Positions 10,369 through 21,549 of a stretch of 29,398 nucleotides of DNA are shown here, piece after piece (position 1 is the stretch's first letter; every line of letters begins with the position of its first letter). The position numbers and the translations under genes were made by a program. This stretch comes from a virus (lineage: Duplodnaviria > Caudoviricetes), in the IMG/VR virus record IMGVR_UViG_3300032225_000122, positions 1 through 29,398 of that record. One strand, 5' to 3'. The notes beneath the pieces were generated by a model. That model did no database searches. It saw only the letters and a list, made by a program, of their open reading frames with translations, and was not told the origin of the DNA.

Positions 10369-11307
10369 ATGGCAATTCCATCAGGAACGCTGACCGGCAC
10401 CTCCGCAATTAGCAACTTAGTACAGACAGCGTACGATCAGTACGTTCGTATGGCACTACGTAGCATCCCAGTGATGCGTGCTCTTGCTGACGTAAAGCCA
10501 GTACAGCAAGCAATGCCAGGTTCATCAGTTGTATTCTCAATCTATTCTGACCTCGCACAAGCGACAACGACTTTGACAGAAGCATCAGATGTATCTTCTA
10601 TTGCACTAGGTAATCCAAACCAGATTACAGTAACACTACAAGAATACGGCTCAGCCGTAACAACAACAAAGAAGTTAAACCTAACTTCATTCAACGATGT
10701 TGACTCAGCTCTTGCTGACATCATCGCATACAACGCTGCAGACTCAATTGATGCTGTAGTTGCTTCAGTTCTTACTTCAGGTACTAACATTATCTACGGT
10801 GGAAACACAGCAACTACATACAACACAATTACATCAGCAGCAACAATCTCAGTAACAGATATCCGTCAGGCTGTAACAGAACTTCGCACAAACAAGGCAT
10901 TGCCTCGTATTGGCGAACTATATGCTGCATACCTACACCCACGTCAGACAGCCGATCTTCGCGCTGAAACTGGTACAGGTGGATTCCAGTCACTTACACA
11001 GTACACAGACCGCACACCATTCGTGGCTGGTGCAGTTGGTGTAATTGAAGGTGCGTTTGTTGTTGAGACACCTCGTGTGCCTTATGCAGCTAACACACAG
11101 TCACCTGCAGTTAACGTCTACAAGGCAGTTGTAGCAGGTCGCGAAGCACTAGCAGAAGCTCAGGGACAGGACATCTCAACAGTTGTCGGTCCTCAGATCG
11201 ATGCGTTGCGTCGTTACCACACAATCGGTTGGTACTACTTCGGTGGCTTCAACCTATTGCGTACATCTGCTCTATACCAGATCGCAACATCTGCATCTAA
11301 CGGATAA
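10369..11307 (+). CDS. Major capsid protein (N4-gp56/T7-like HK97 fold)
   Basis: 312 aa; TLTE-x..ITVTLQEYG, YAAYLHPRQTADL, GAVGVIEG-x-FVVET and D-x-L-R...IGWY motifs typical of this capsid class; strongly biased codon use; SD GAAAGG. Confidence 0.9.
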   Translation: MAIPSGTLTGTSAISNLVQTAYDQYVRMALRSIPVMRALADVKPVQQAMPGSSVVFSIYSDLAQATTTLTEASDVSSIALGNPNQITVTLQEYGSAVTTTKKLNLTSFNDVDSALADIIAYNAADSIDAVVASVLTSGTNIIYGGNTATTYNTITSAATISVTDIRQAVTELRTNKALPRIGELYAAYLHPRQTADLRAETGTGGFQSLTQYTDRTPFVAGAVGVIEGAFVVETPRVPYAANTQSPAVNVYKAVVAGREALAEAQGQDISTVVGPQIDALRRYHTIGWYYFGGFNLLRTSALYQIATSASNG

Positions 11308-11325
11308 TCATTTAGTTGATTAACG

Positions 11326-11353
11326 CGGTGGCAGGGGGCAACCCCTGTCACTG
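11326..11353 (+). terminator. 12-bp GC-rich hairpin with GCAA tetraloop after the capsid gene (terminator-like/attenuator, no U-tract)
   Basis: CGGTGGCAGGGG-GCAA-CCCCTGTCACTG with two G-U pairs. Confidence 0.55.
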
Positions 11354-11376
11354 AGTCAGTTCACTAAGGAGAACTA

Positions 11377-11703
11377 ATGGCATATAAAGCAACAACACCT
11401 TGGGAGTACCAGACCTGGGGCGCAGGCTTACCTTGGCCTGATAAGTACTCACGTATTGCAGCACGTCAAATTGTTGGTGGTACTTATACTGGTGCTATCA
11501 ATCCATACATTACTGATATTGCTCGTGGTGTAACCTTTATTGTCAATGGATCTACAGTTACAACAACTATGTATCCATACCAAAACGACTTAGCCGATGC
11601 AGACTGGTATGTTCTTGGTGGTCATCAGCAAATAATTACAGATGCTCAAGCAGCAGTTCTTATTGCTGCAGGGTACGGAGATTATGTGGAGCCAATCGTA
11701 TGA
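11377..11703 (+). CDS. Hypothetical protein (108 aa), possible head-associated protein
   Basis: SD AAGGAG; first gene after capsid. Confidence 0.75.
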   Translation: MAYKATTPWEYQTWGAGLPWPDKYSRIAARQIVGGTYTGAINPYITDIARGVTFIVNGSTVTTTMYPYQNDLADADWYVLGGHQQIITDAQAAVLIAAGYGDYVEPIV

Positions 11704-11960
11704 GTTTACACAGACGCACAAAGCACCCAGAGTATGTAGAAGGTTGCTTTGGATGCAAGGTGGGAGATCTACAGTTATCTGTAGGTGAAGCTCGTCACGA
11801 TGGTGTACCAACAGCAAAACAGCACGATAAAGAATTAGGTTCCTATTACAGCGCAATACGCCAGGGAATCGAACCAGTTTCTACTAAGCAAAGAGATATC
11901 GATGCTGCAGTTAGATTAAGCAATGACACAGGCGTTGCCTTCAATGGCAACTCACTATAA
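11700..11960 (+). CDS. Hypothetical protein with H-x4-H-x6-CxxC putative zinc site
   Basis: ATGA overlap; LHRRTKHPEYVEGCFGCK. Confidence 0.75.
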   Translation: MSLHRRTKHPEYVEGCFGCKVGDLQLSVGEARHDGVPTAKQHDKELGSYYSAIRQGIEPVSTKQRDIDAAVRLSNDTGVAFNGNSL

Positions 11961-11973
11961 CAAGGAGAAACAG

Positions 11974-12135
11974 ATGGCAGATAAAGGCGACAAGTCACAG
12001 TCAACTGACTTCGTTCCATTCGACAGAGTAAACAAGGGTGGCATCATTCCTTCAATGCCTGCAGGTGGACAAGCAGTTGTAAAGTCAGGATCAAAGGCAG
12101 TTTTTTCTGGCGGTAAGAAAACGGAGACAAAGTAA
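11974..12135 (+). CDS. Small hypothetical protein (53 aa, MADKGDKSQ...)
   Basis: SD AAGGAG at 11962-11967 favours ATG 11974 over the ORF-track start 11923. Confidence 0.7.
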   Translation: MADKGDKSQSTDFVPFDRVNKGGIIPSMPAGGQAVVKSGSKAVFSGGKKTETK

Positions 12136-12248
12136 TGTGCGCTGTATGTGGTTGCGGTTATGCAACATATGACGATATTGAGACTGGTGCTCCAAAGAAC
12201 GAGATGGGTTATATCAACGAGCTAACAGAAAAGTCGGAGATGGAATAA
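12135..12248 (+). CDS. 37-aa peptide with N-terminal CxxCGC motif (MCAVCGCGYATYDDIETG...)
   Basis: Translated by hand; TAATG coupling at both ends; SD GGAG upstream. Confidence 0.7.
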   Translation: MCAVCGCGYATYDDIETGAPKNEMGYINELTEKSEME

Positions 12249-12433
12249 TGGCAGCTAAAAAAGGAATGGGCTTTGCCGCAGCGCAGAAGTCAATTGCAAA
12301 GAAGCAGGGAATCCCAATGAAGAACGCCGGTGCAATCCTTGCAGCTGGTGCTCGTAAGGCATCACCTGCTGCAGTCAAGGCTAACCCAAATCTTAAGAAG
12401 GTTAGCGGTATGAAAAAGAAGATGGGTAAGTAA
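12248..12433 (+). CDS. Small Lys/Ala-rich basic protein (61 aa)
   Basis: TAATG coupling at both ends; no acidic residues. Confidence 0.8.
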   Translation: MAAKKGMGFAAAQKSIAKKQGIPMKNAGAILAAGARKASPAAVKANPNLKKVSGMKKKMGK

Positions 12434-12588
12434 TGAAGAAAGAATTTTGGGATACAAAAAATCCTAAGAAAACATCTTCAAAGTTGACACCTTCTCAGAA
12501 GGCAAGCGCTAAGGCTAAGGCCAAGGCAGCAGGTCGACCATATCCAAATCTAGTAGATAATGCGGCAGCATCAAGAAAGAAAAAGTAA
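12433..12588 (+). CDS. Small Lys/Ala-rich basic protein (51 aa, MKKEFWDTKNPKK...GRPYPNLVDNAAASRKKK)
   Basis: Translated by hand; TAATG coupling at both ends. Confidence 0.8.
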   Translation: MKKEFWDTKNPKKTSSKLTPSQKASAKAKAKAAGRPYPNLVDNAAASRKKK

Positions 12589-12893
12589 TGGCAAAGACTC
12601 CAGCTTGGCAACGCAAAGAAGGTCAGAACCCAAAGGGTGGGCTTAACGCTAAAGGTCGTGCCTCTGCTAAGGCAGCAGGTAGCAATCTAAAGCCACCAGT
12701 TAAGTCTGGTGATAATCCACGTAGAGCAAGTTTCCTTGCTCGTATGGGTAATGCAGCAGGACCTGAGCATAAGCCTAACGGTGAGCCAACTCGTTTACTT
12801 TTATCTTTACAAGCGTGGGGCGCATCTAGTAAAGCAGATGCTAAGAAAAAAGCGGCAGCAATATCTGCTCGCAACAAGACTAAGAAGAAGTGA
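12588..12893 (+). CDS. Basic hypothetical protein (101 aa), resembles DUF6321-type phage proteins
   Basis: AWQRKEGQNPKGGLNAKGRAS...RRASFLARM; family name from recollection, unverified. Confidence 0.7.
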   Translation: MAKTPAWQRKEGQNPKGGLNAKGRASAKAAGSNLKPPVKSGDNPRRASFLARMGNAAGPEHKPNGEPTRLLLSLQAWGASSKADAKKKAAAISARNKTKKK

Positions 12894-12903
12894 GGTAGCG
12901 TAG

Positions 12904-13190
12904 GTGCCACTAGGTATTGCAGGTTCAACATTAAACGACGAGTTAAATCGTCTCGCAAACGGGGGCACCTACCCTGCTATCTCTGCCTATCTTGACCAAG
13001 CAGCAGCAGCAAGAAAATGGGCAATTGCTAAAGGTAAAGTTCCTGGCAAAGTAACAGATCTAGTAGGCGTTCTTAACGTTATCGCTAACATCAGCAGTCG
13101 TAAAGATTGGCTAGATGTTGCTGGAGTTTGTAACTATATTGCTGGTACTACTGGACTAGAGCCTGCAGCGGCACTGCGCCAGGTGGCATC

Positions 13191-13194
<4 letters not shown>
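12904..13194 (+). CDS. Hypothetical protein (96 aa)
   Basis: GTG start with GAGGT upstream; 4-nt overlap with next gene. Confidence 0.7.
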
Positions 13195-15801
<2,607 letters not shown>

Positions 15802-15805
<4 letters not shown>

Positions 15806-16884
15806 AGATAGCCGTATACACGATTGCACTTAATGAGGAGAAACACGTTGAACGATGGTATGAGTCTTGTAAAGACGCAGACTATCTCCTCATTGCCGAC
15901 ACAGGATCAACAGATAAAACCGTTGAGATTGCACGAAGTCTTGGCATTACGGTTTACCAAATCTTTGTTTCGCCATTTAGATTCGACGATGCTCGTAACG
16001 CGTCGCTAGCATTACTACCAGCTGATGTGGATTACTGCATCGCACTGGATATGGATGAAGAGTTAACACCTGGTTGGCGTGAAGCGCTAGAGAAGATTGA
16101 CCCTAGTATCGATAGACCGTACTACCGTCGTATCGAAGCGTTCAATGAAGATGGCACAGCAAACCTAGAGTTTAATGGGTTTAAGATCCATAGACGCAAA
16201 GATGTACGGTGGAAGTATCCTATCCACGAAGTACCACACTGGGACTCAGAACGTGAAGAAATCAAAGGTGAGATAACAGGATTAGAAATCCATCACCGCC
16301 AAGATAAAGCTAAGTCCAGAGCACAGTACTTAGAGATGCTAGAGATGGCAGTCAAAGAAAACCCAGATGCTCGCAACTCTTACTACTTAGGTAGAGAATA
16401 CTTTTACTACAAAAGATTTGATGAAGCAGCCAAGATGCTTAAAGCATATTTGACTATCTCAGAATTTCCAGAAGAGCGCAGTGCAGCGTGTAGAACGCTG
16501 TCATTCTGTGAACCTCATATGGCAGAAGAGTGGTTGATTAAAGGTACAGAAGAACACGCTAACCGTGAATCTGTATTAGGACTTGCTCACCATTATTACA
16601 AGACACAGCAATGGGATGAGTGTTTGCTTGTTGCTAAGAAGTCACTGGAGTTTACTGAAAGACCTATGGGTTTCTTATCAGAAAACTGGGCGTGGACTCA
16701 TATGGCTCACGACCTCATAGCAGTATCAAGTTGGCAGCTGGGTGATTACCCAACTGCACTTGAGCACGGAATCAAAGCGTTAGAGATAACACCTGATGAT
16801 GAAAGATTACAAACCAACGTAACGTTCTATAGGAGCAAGATAGATGCCAAATCTGGGACAACTAGTAAGCGAAGTACAAAGTAA
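15802..16884 (+). CDS. Glycosyltransferase family 2 with C-terminal TPR repeats
   Basis: IALNEE, IADTGSTDKT, FDDARN, LDMDEEL (DxD) and IHE motifs, then TPR-like helices (YYLGREYFY...); ATGA overlap favours start 15802. Confidence 0.88.
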
Positions 16885-17746
16885 CCTGCAGGGTTACACA
16901 CTTCGTCAAGACCGCATTACTTGGCTCGCCACAACAGGCGGCATCTCAGCTACTGCGCTGACCATCAAGATTGGTTCAGCAGATAACCTTGCTAAAGGTA
17001 TTGTCCAGATTGATAATGAACTTATCTGGGTTAACTCATTTGATAAGCAGAACCTTACACTTAACGTAGCCCCTGGCTTTGGTCGTGGCTATATGGGCAC
17101 TACTCCTAGCCCACACGCTGAAAATGCACAGGTAATCTTAACTCCAACATTCCCAGTAACAATGATCCAGCAAGCACTTAACGATACAATTAACTCACTG
17201 TATCCAAAGTTGTTTGGTGTAGCACTAACAACCTTCCAGTACAACGCAGCACAGATTGCTTACCCACTACCAGATGATGCACGAGATGTACTGTTTATCT
17301 CTTGGCAAACACCTGGGCCATCACGTGAATGGCTACCAACTAATCGTTGGCGTATGGATCGTATGGCAAACGTTGCATCATTTAATACTACAAAGACGGT
17401 GAATATCTATGACAAGATTGTCCCTGGTCGTACGGTCCAAGTCTATTATTCCATTATCCCAAATAACCTCACTAACTCTGGCGATGACTTTGCTACTGTT
17501 ACAGGCTTACCGGAATCGTCAAGAGATGTTGTTACTCTTGGAGCTGCATACAGACTCCTCAGTTATATTGATACGGGTCGGATCAACCTATCCTCAGCCG
17601 AAGCAGATCTAGCAGATACCAAGTTACCTTCAACTGCTGGTGCCTCTGCATCTAAATATATCTTTGCTCTTTACCAGCAGCGTTTACAAGAAGAGTCAGT
17701 TAAGTTGCAAGATCGTTTCCCAATCCGCGTTCACTACACCATCTAA
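16844..17746 (+). CDS. Probable head-tail adaptor / tail tubular protein
   Basis: 300 aa; helical N- and C-termini with beta insertions (GIVQIDNELIWV...RGYMGT...H); first gene of tail block. Confidence 0.5.
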   Translation: MPNLGQLVSEVQSNLQGYTLRQDRITWLATTGGISATALTIKIGSADNLAKGIVQIDNELIWVNSFDKQNLTLNVAPGFGRGYMGTTPSPHAENAQVILTPTFPVTMIQQALNDTINSLYPKLFGVALTTFQYNAAQIAYPLPDDARDVLFISWQTPGPSREWLPTNRWRMDRMANVASFNTTKTVNIYDKIVPGRTVQVYYSIIPNNLTNSGDDFATVTGLPESSRDVVTLGAAYRLLSYIDTGRINLSSAEADLADTKLPSTAGASASKYIFALYQQRLQEESVKLQDRFPIRVHYTI

Positions 17747-17755
17747 GGAAAGACA

Positions 17756-18532
17756 ATGACACGCCTGTATTCCTCAATCTCAGTAGAAACAATTCTTTCT
17801 GCTGCTATTAACAGCTCGCAGACATCACTGGCAGTATCAACAGGTACTGGCTCAGCCCTTCTAGGCGGTGTAAGTCTTGCTGCAGGCAACGTAGATCAGT
17901 TTACTGTTGCTATTGACCCAGATACTGTCAACGAAGAAATTGTATTTATTACTGGTAACTCTGGTGATACCTTTACAATTGTCCGTGGTCGTGCAGGATC
18001 TACTGCAATTACCCACGCATCAGGTGCAACGGTAAGACACGTACTGACCTCTGATGACCTTAACTTCTTTAAGACTGCAATTCAGCCAACAACTTTTACC
18101 GCTAAGGGACAGCTGATCTCAGCATCTGCTAGCGGTACTACATCAATGGTAAACGTTGGTGCCAATGACTATGTCTTGACTGCAGATAGCGCACAGACTG
18201 CAGGACTTAAATGGGCAGCAGCGCCAACAACTAGCCTTAACTTAACCTTTAACGCACAGACTGGTACTACATACACGCTTCTATCAAGTGATGTCAACAA
18301 GTTAGTTACTCTTAATAATGCCGCTGCTATCACAGTAACTATCCCTAACGGAGTATTTACTACAGGTCAGCAGATTAACTTGCAGCAGCTAGGAGCAGGT
18401 CAAGTAACAGTTCAAGGTGATGGAACAACAACCTTTACTGGTACTGGTACCAAACTACGCGCTCAATACTCAGCAGCAACTCTGGTTTGTACAGGAACTA
18501 ACACCTTCACTCTGATCGGAGATATCGCCTAA
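17756..18532 (+). CDS. Tail fibre/spike protein
   Basis: EEIV...TIVRGRAGS...HASGATVRH N-terminal module; Thr/Gly-rich; C-terminal NAQTGTTYTL domain. Confidence 0.7.
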   Translation: MTRLYSSISVETILSAAINSSQTSLAVSTGTGSALLGGVSLAAGNVDQFTVAIDPDTVNEEIVFITGNSGDTFTIVRGRAGSTAITHASGATVRHVLTSDDLNFFKTAIQPTTFTAKGQLISASASGTTSMVNVGANDYVLTADSAQTAGLKWAAAPTTSLNLTFNAQTGTTYTLLSSDVNKLVTLNNAAAITVTIPNGVFTTGQQINLQQLGAGQVTVQGDGTTTFTGTGTKLRAQYSAATLVCTGTNTFTLIGDIA

Positions 18533-18852
18533 TGCCAACATATAAGGTTCTGGCACAGTCTGCGCCTAGCGCTGCAACTGCTACAACGCTATACACAGCA
18601 ACTAATGCTGTAATTGTATCTACACTCAATGTAGCAAATACAGGTGGTGCTGCTGACTTAATTCGAGTAGCAGTCCGACCAGCTGGTGCAACTCTGGCTA
18701 ATCAGCACTACATCACTTACGGAGTGCAGGTTCCATCAGGTGGAGTTTTCTCCATTCAAGGTGGTATTACTTTGGCAAACACTGATGTTATTACTGTGTA
18801 CTCAACAACTGGTACTTCATCATTTAGTGCATTTGGAAGCGAGGCTAACTAA
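18532..18852 (+). CDS. Small tail-fibre-associated beta protein
   Basis: TAATG coupling; Thr/Ala/Val-rich beta pattern ending SFSAFGSE. Confidence 0.6.
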   Translation: MPTYKVLAQSAPSAATATTLYTATNAVIVSTLNVANTGGAADLIRVAVRPAGATLANQHYITYGVQVPSGGVFSIQGGITLANTDVITVYSTTGTSSFSAFGSEAN

Positions 18853-19205
18853 TGGCTATTAACATTGTAGGCGGTACAGTTCAGGCATCTGCTGCCCTGG
18901 CTTTTAACGCACAGACTGGAACTACTTATACCCTTGTGTCATCAGATGCTGACAATAAACTTGTCACTACATCTAATGCTTCTGCGGTAACAGTAACAAT
19001 CCCACCATCAGTATTTACTACAGGGCAACAGATTAACGTGGCATCAATCGGCGTAGGACTTACATCCTTTGCAGCAGGTTCTGGTGTAACTATTACATCA
19101 ACTGGTGCAAGCGCAGCTGCTCCAATCCTTAGAGCACGTTATTCTGCAGGAACTGTAATCTGCACAGCAAGCAATACTTTCCTAGTGGTAGGAGACTTGA
19201 GTTAA
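18852..19205 (+). CDS. Tail-fibre-associated protein, paralogue of the C-terminal domain of 17756..18532
   Basis: Shared FNAQTGTTYTL, VTIP-x-x-VFTTGQQIN, LRA-x-YSA and NTF-x-x-x-GD. Confidence 0.75.
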   Translation: MAINIVGGTVQASAALAFNAQTGTTYTLVSSDADNKLVTTSNASAVTVTIPPSVFTTGQQINVASIGVGLTSFAAGSGVTITSTGASAAAPILRARYSAGTVICTASNTFLVVGDLS

Positions 19206-19756
19206 TGTCACCAATCCTAGGCATCTATGCTTCACAGAATTATCCAAGAATAACTAACTCTTATGAGTCTATTGCTACTACAACAGTAGGAGCGGGTGGA
19301 GCATCTAGCATTACCTTTAGTTCAATCCCTGCTACCTACACGCACTTACAAATTAGGGCTATTGCTCAAAATAGCAGTAGCAATACATATTCCAATATGC
19401 GATTCAATAGCGATACTGGCACTAACTATAATAATCATTATTTAGATGGAGACGGCAGCAGCGCAACGGCTGGAGCAAATGTAAGCGATAACAAACTCTA
19501 TTTTGGTTATATTACTATTAGCACAAACACAAATATGTTTGGTGTTATGGTCGTAGATATTCTTGATTATGCTAATACAAATAAATATAAAACAATTAGA
19601 CTTTTAACAGGTAAAGATATGAACGGCTCAGGTGTTGTCGAATTAGGTTCAGGTGCTTGGCGCAATACCAACGCCATTACTGATATTACAATTATTCCCT
19701 CTGCTGCTAACTTTGCTCAATACTCATCCTTCGCCCTATACGGAATCCGATCATAA
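19205..19756 (+). CDS. Tail fibre tip/receptor-binding-like protein, paralogue 1
   Basis: YESIATTTVG...SITFSSIPATYTHL...FNSDTGTNY...LYGI. Confidence 0.65.
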   Translation: MSPILGIYASQNYPRITNSYESIATTTVGAGGASSITFSSIPATYTHLQIRAIAQNSSSNTYSNMRFNSDTGTNYNNHYLDGDGSSATAGANVSDNKLYFGYITISTNTNMFGVMVVDILDYANTNKYKTIRLLTGKDMNGSGVVELGSGAWRNTNAITDITIIPSAANFAQYSSFALYGIRS

Positions 19757-20172
19757 TGACAGAGTGCATAATTTGGCAACAGTCTCTTAAAGATACAGGA
19801 TATGGACAAACTTTTTTTCGAGGCAAAGTAACGAGAGCACATCGTGCTGCTTGGATTAAAGTTAATGGTGATATTCCAAAAGGTTTTTTGGTAGATCATA
19901 TTTGCCATAACGAAGCAGTAGAACGCGGTGAGTGCAAAGGTGGTTTTACCTGCAAGCATAGAGCTTGCGTAAATACAGATCATTTGCGCTTAACATCTCA
20001 TTCAGAGAATGTTATGGGTGGAGTACACAACATAGATAATCGTAGCCACTGTAATCAGGGGCATCCATTTGAAGGGAACATAATGGTACGCAAAGATGGC
20101 AAGCGTGAGTGCGCTGAGTGCAACCGCGTTCGATCTAGGGCTAATTGGGCTAAGCAAAAGGCTGGTGCATAA
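19756..20172 (+). CDS. Free-standing HNH homing endonuclease
   Basis: C-x-x-W...GYG...AHR-x-AW...VDHIC...CVN-x-DHL...SEN, plus C-terminal HC-x-x-GH...CxxC domain. Confidence 0.88.
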   Translation: MTECIIWQQSLKDTGYGQTFFRGKVTRAHRAAWIKVNGDIPKGFLVDHICHNEAVERGECKGGFTCKHRACVNTDHLRLTSHSENVMGGVHNIDNRSHCNQGHPFEGNIMVRKDGKRECAECNRVRSRANWAKQKAGA

Positions 20173-20678
20173 TGCCATCAACTTACGAGCCAATCGCTAC
20201 ACAGACTCTTGGGTCAGCTGCATCATCTATTACTTTTAGTTCTGTTCCATCAACCTATACTGATTTAGTATTAGTTTTTAATGGTGGTGGATCGACGACT
20301 TCTGGTGAAAACATTGTTTTACAATTTAATGGAGATACTGGAACAAATTATTCCTGCACAGTTCTTAACGGGAATGGTACTGCTGCGGCTTCTTATCGAG
20401 AAGCTAATTACACAGCAGTACGGGCTTCTTATGCAACTGCTTTTTATAATACTTTAACAAATATGACTGTTGCTCAAATTATGAATTACTCAAACTCAAC
20501 TACGTATAAAACAGTTCTTTGTAGAAGCGGAATTACTAATGGGACTTTTGCAGGAACAGAAGGAATAGTTTCATTATGGCGCAATACTTCAACAATTACT
20601 TCTATAGTTGCAAAAGCAACAGTAGGTAATTTTCTTGCTAGTTCAACCTTTACCCTTTACGGCATAAAAGCAGCCTGA
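20172..20678 (+). CDS. Tail fibre tip/receptor-binding-like protein, paralogue 2
   Basis: YEPIATQTLG...SITFSSVPSTYTDL...FNGDTGTNY...LYGIK. Confidence 0.65.
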   Translation: MPSTYEPIATQTLGSAASSITFSSVPSTYTDLVLVFNGGGSTTSGENIVLQFNGDTGTNYSCTVLNGNGTAAASYREANYTAVRASYATAFYNTLTNMTVAQIMNYSNSTTYKTVLCRSGITNGTFAGTEGIVSLWRNTSTITSIVAKATVGNFLASSTFTLYGIKAA

Positions 20679-20706
20679 TGAATACTAACTTTAGAAAGGT
20701 GGCATA

Positions 20707-21216
20707 ATGGCTACTACATTTACTAAGATTGCCTCTACAACTGTAGGGCTATTGGGTGCTGCAACTATTGACTTTACCTCTATTCCTAGTACTTATACAG
20801 ATTTATGCGTCAAATTATCTGGTCGCTCAGCTAACGTTAGCAATTTTGATAATCCGAGATTGACAATCAATGCCAGCACTTCAACTTTTAGCCGTAAAGA
20901 ACTTTACGCAGAAAGTGGTGCGGTAGGATCAGAATCAGTAGCTGACCGTATAATTGGTGTTATCCCAGCATTTAATGCAACATCTAGCACTTTTGGTTCT
21001 TTAGATTTTTACTTGCCAAATTATGCTGGGTCAAACAATAAGTCTTACAGCGTTGATAGCGTTACGGAAAATAATAGCGCAACTCAGGCGATGTGGTTGC
21101 TTGCTGGTCTTTGGGCTACTACTTCTGCAATTACAGACATAACAATTTCTTTGCAGTCAGGTGGCAATTTTGTTCAATACTCAACCGCAACACTTTACGG
21201 CATCAAAAACTCATAA
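20707..21216 (+). CDS. Tail fibre tip/receptor-binding-like protein, paralogue 3
   Basis: FTKIASTTVG...IDFTSIPSTYTDL...LYGIK; SD GAAAGGTGG. Confidence 0.65.
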   Translation: MATTFTKIASTTVGLLGAATIDFTSIPSTYTDLCVKLSGRSANVSNFDNPRLTINASTSTFSRKELYAESGAVGSESVADRIIGVIPAFNATSSTFGSLDFYLPNYAGSNNKSYSVDSVTENNSATQAMWLLAGLWATTSAITDITISLQSGGNFVQYSTATLYGIKNS

Positions 21217-21225
21217 GGAGAAACA

Positions 21226-21441
21226 ATGACAACAGCAATCGAAGTTAACTGCGCTACAGGCGAAGTTACAGAGCGTCCATTAACAACAGAAGAACTAGCT
21301 CAGCGTGAGGCAGATGCTCAGGCAGCAGCGGCACAAGCACACGAAGAAGAGGTTGCAGCAGCAACAAAGGCTGAGGCTAAGGCAGCATTGCTTGCTAAGT
21401 TAGGTATTACAGCAGACGAGGCTAAGTTACTTCTAGCGTAA
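21226..21441 (+). CDS. Small Ala/Glu-rich protein, possible fibre assembly chaperone
   Basis: SD AAGGAG; follows fibre array; helical C-terminus LLAKLGITADEAKLLL. Confidence 0.65.
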   Translation: MTTAIEVNCATGEVTERPLTTEELAQREADAQAAAAQAHEEEVAAATKAEAKAALLAKLGITADEAKLLLA

Positions 21442-21451
21442 TCCAATAGCG

Positions 21452-21547
21452 TTGTTTAAGTGCGCTATTAGAAGCTGTACTGCATACGCTGTTATTAAAG
21501 GAATGTGCGCTAAGCACGATAAACAATACCGACAATCAAGGAGTTAG
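21452..21547 (+). other. Possible 31-aa C3H zinc-finger micro-ORF or HNH remnant (MFKCAIRSCTAYAVIKGMCAKHDKQYRQSRS)
   Basis: TTG start, no clear SD; C-x4-C-x9-C-x2-H spacing. Confidence 0.35.
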
Positions 21548-21549
21548 CT

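Noticed and set aside
11280-11310. Programmed frameshift or readthrough extending the capsid protein
   Set aside because: No slippery sequence before the TAA, and the downstream gene has its own strong SD
19756-20172. HNH as part of a group I intron or intein
   Set aside because: The ORF abuts both neighbours through TAATG with no room for ribozyme structure, and flanking genes are complete
17756-21216. Paralogous fibre genes as a diversity-generating retroelement or shufflon
   Set aside because: No reverse transcriptase or invertase seen, no TR/VR pair differing only at adenines, and all copies are in the same orientation
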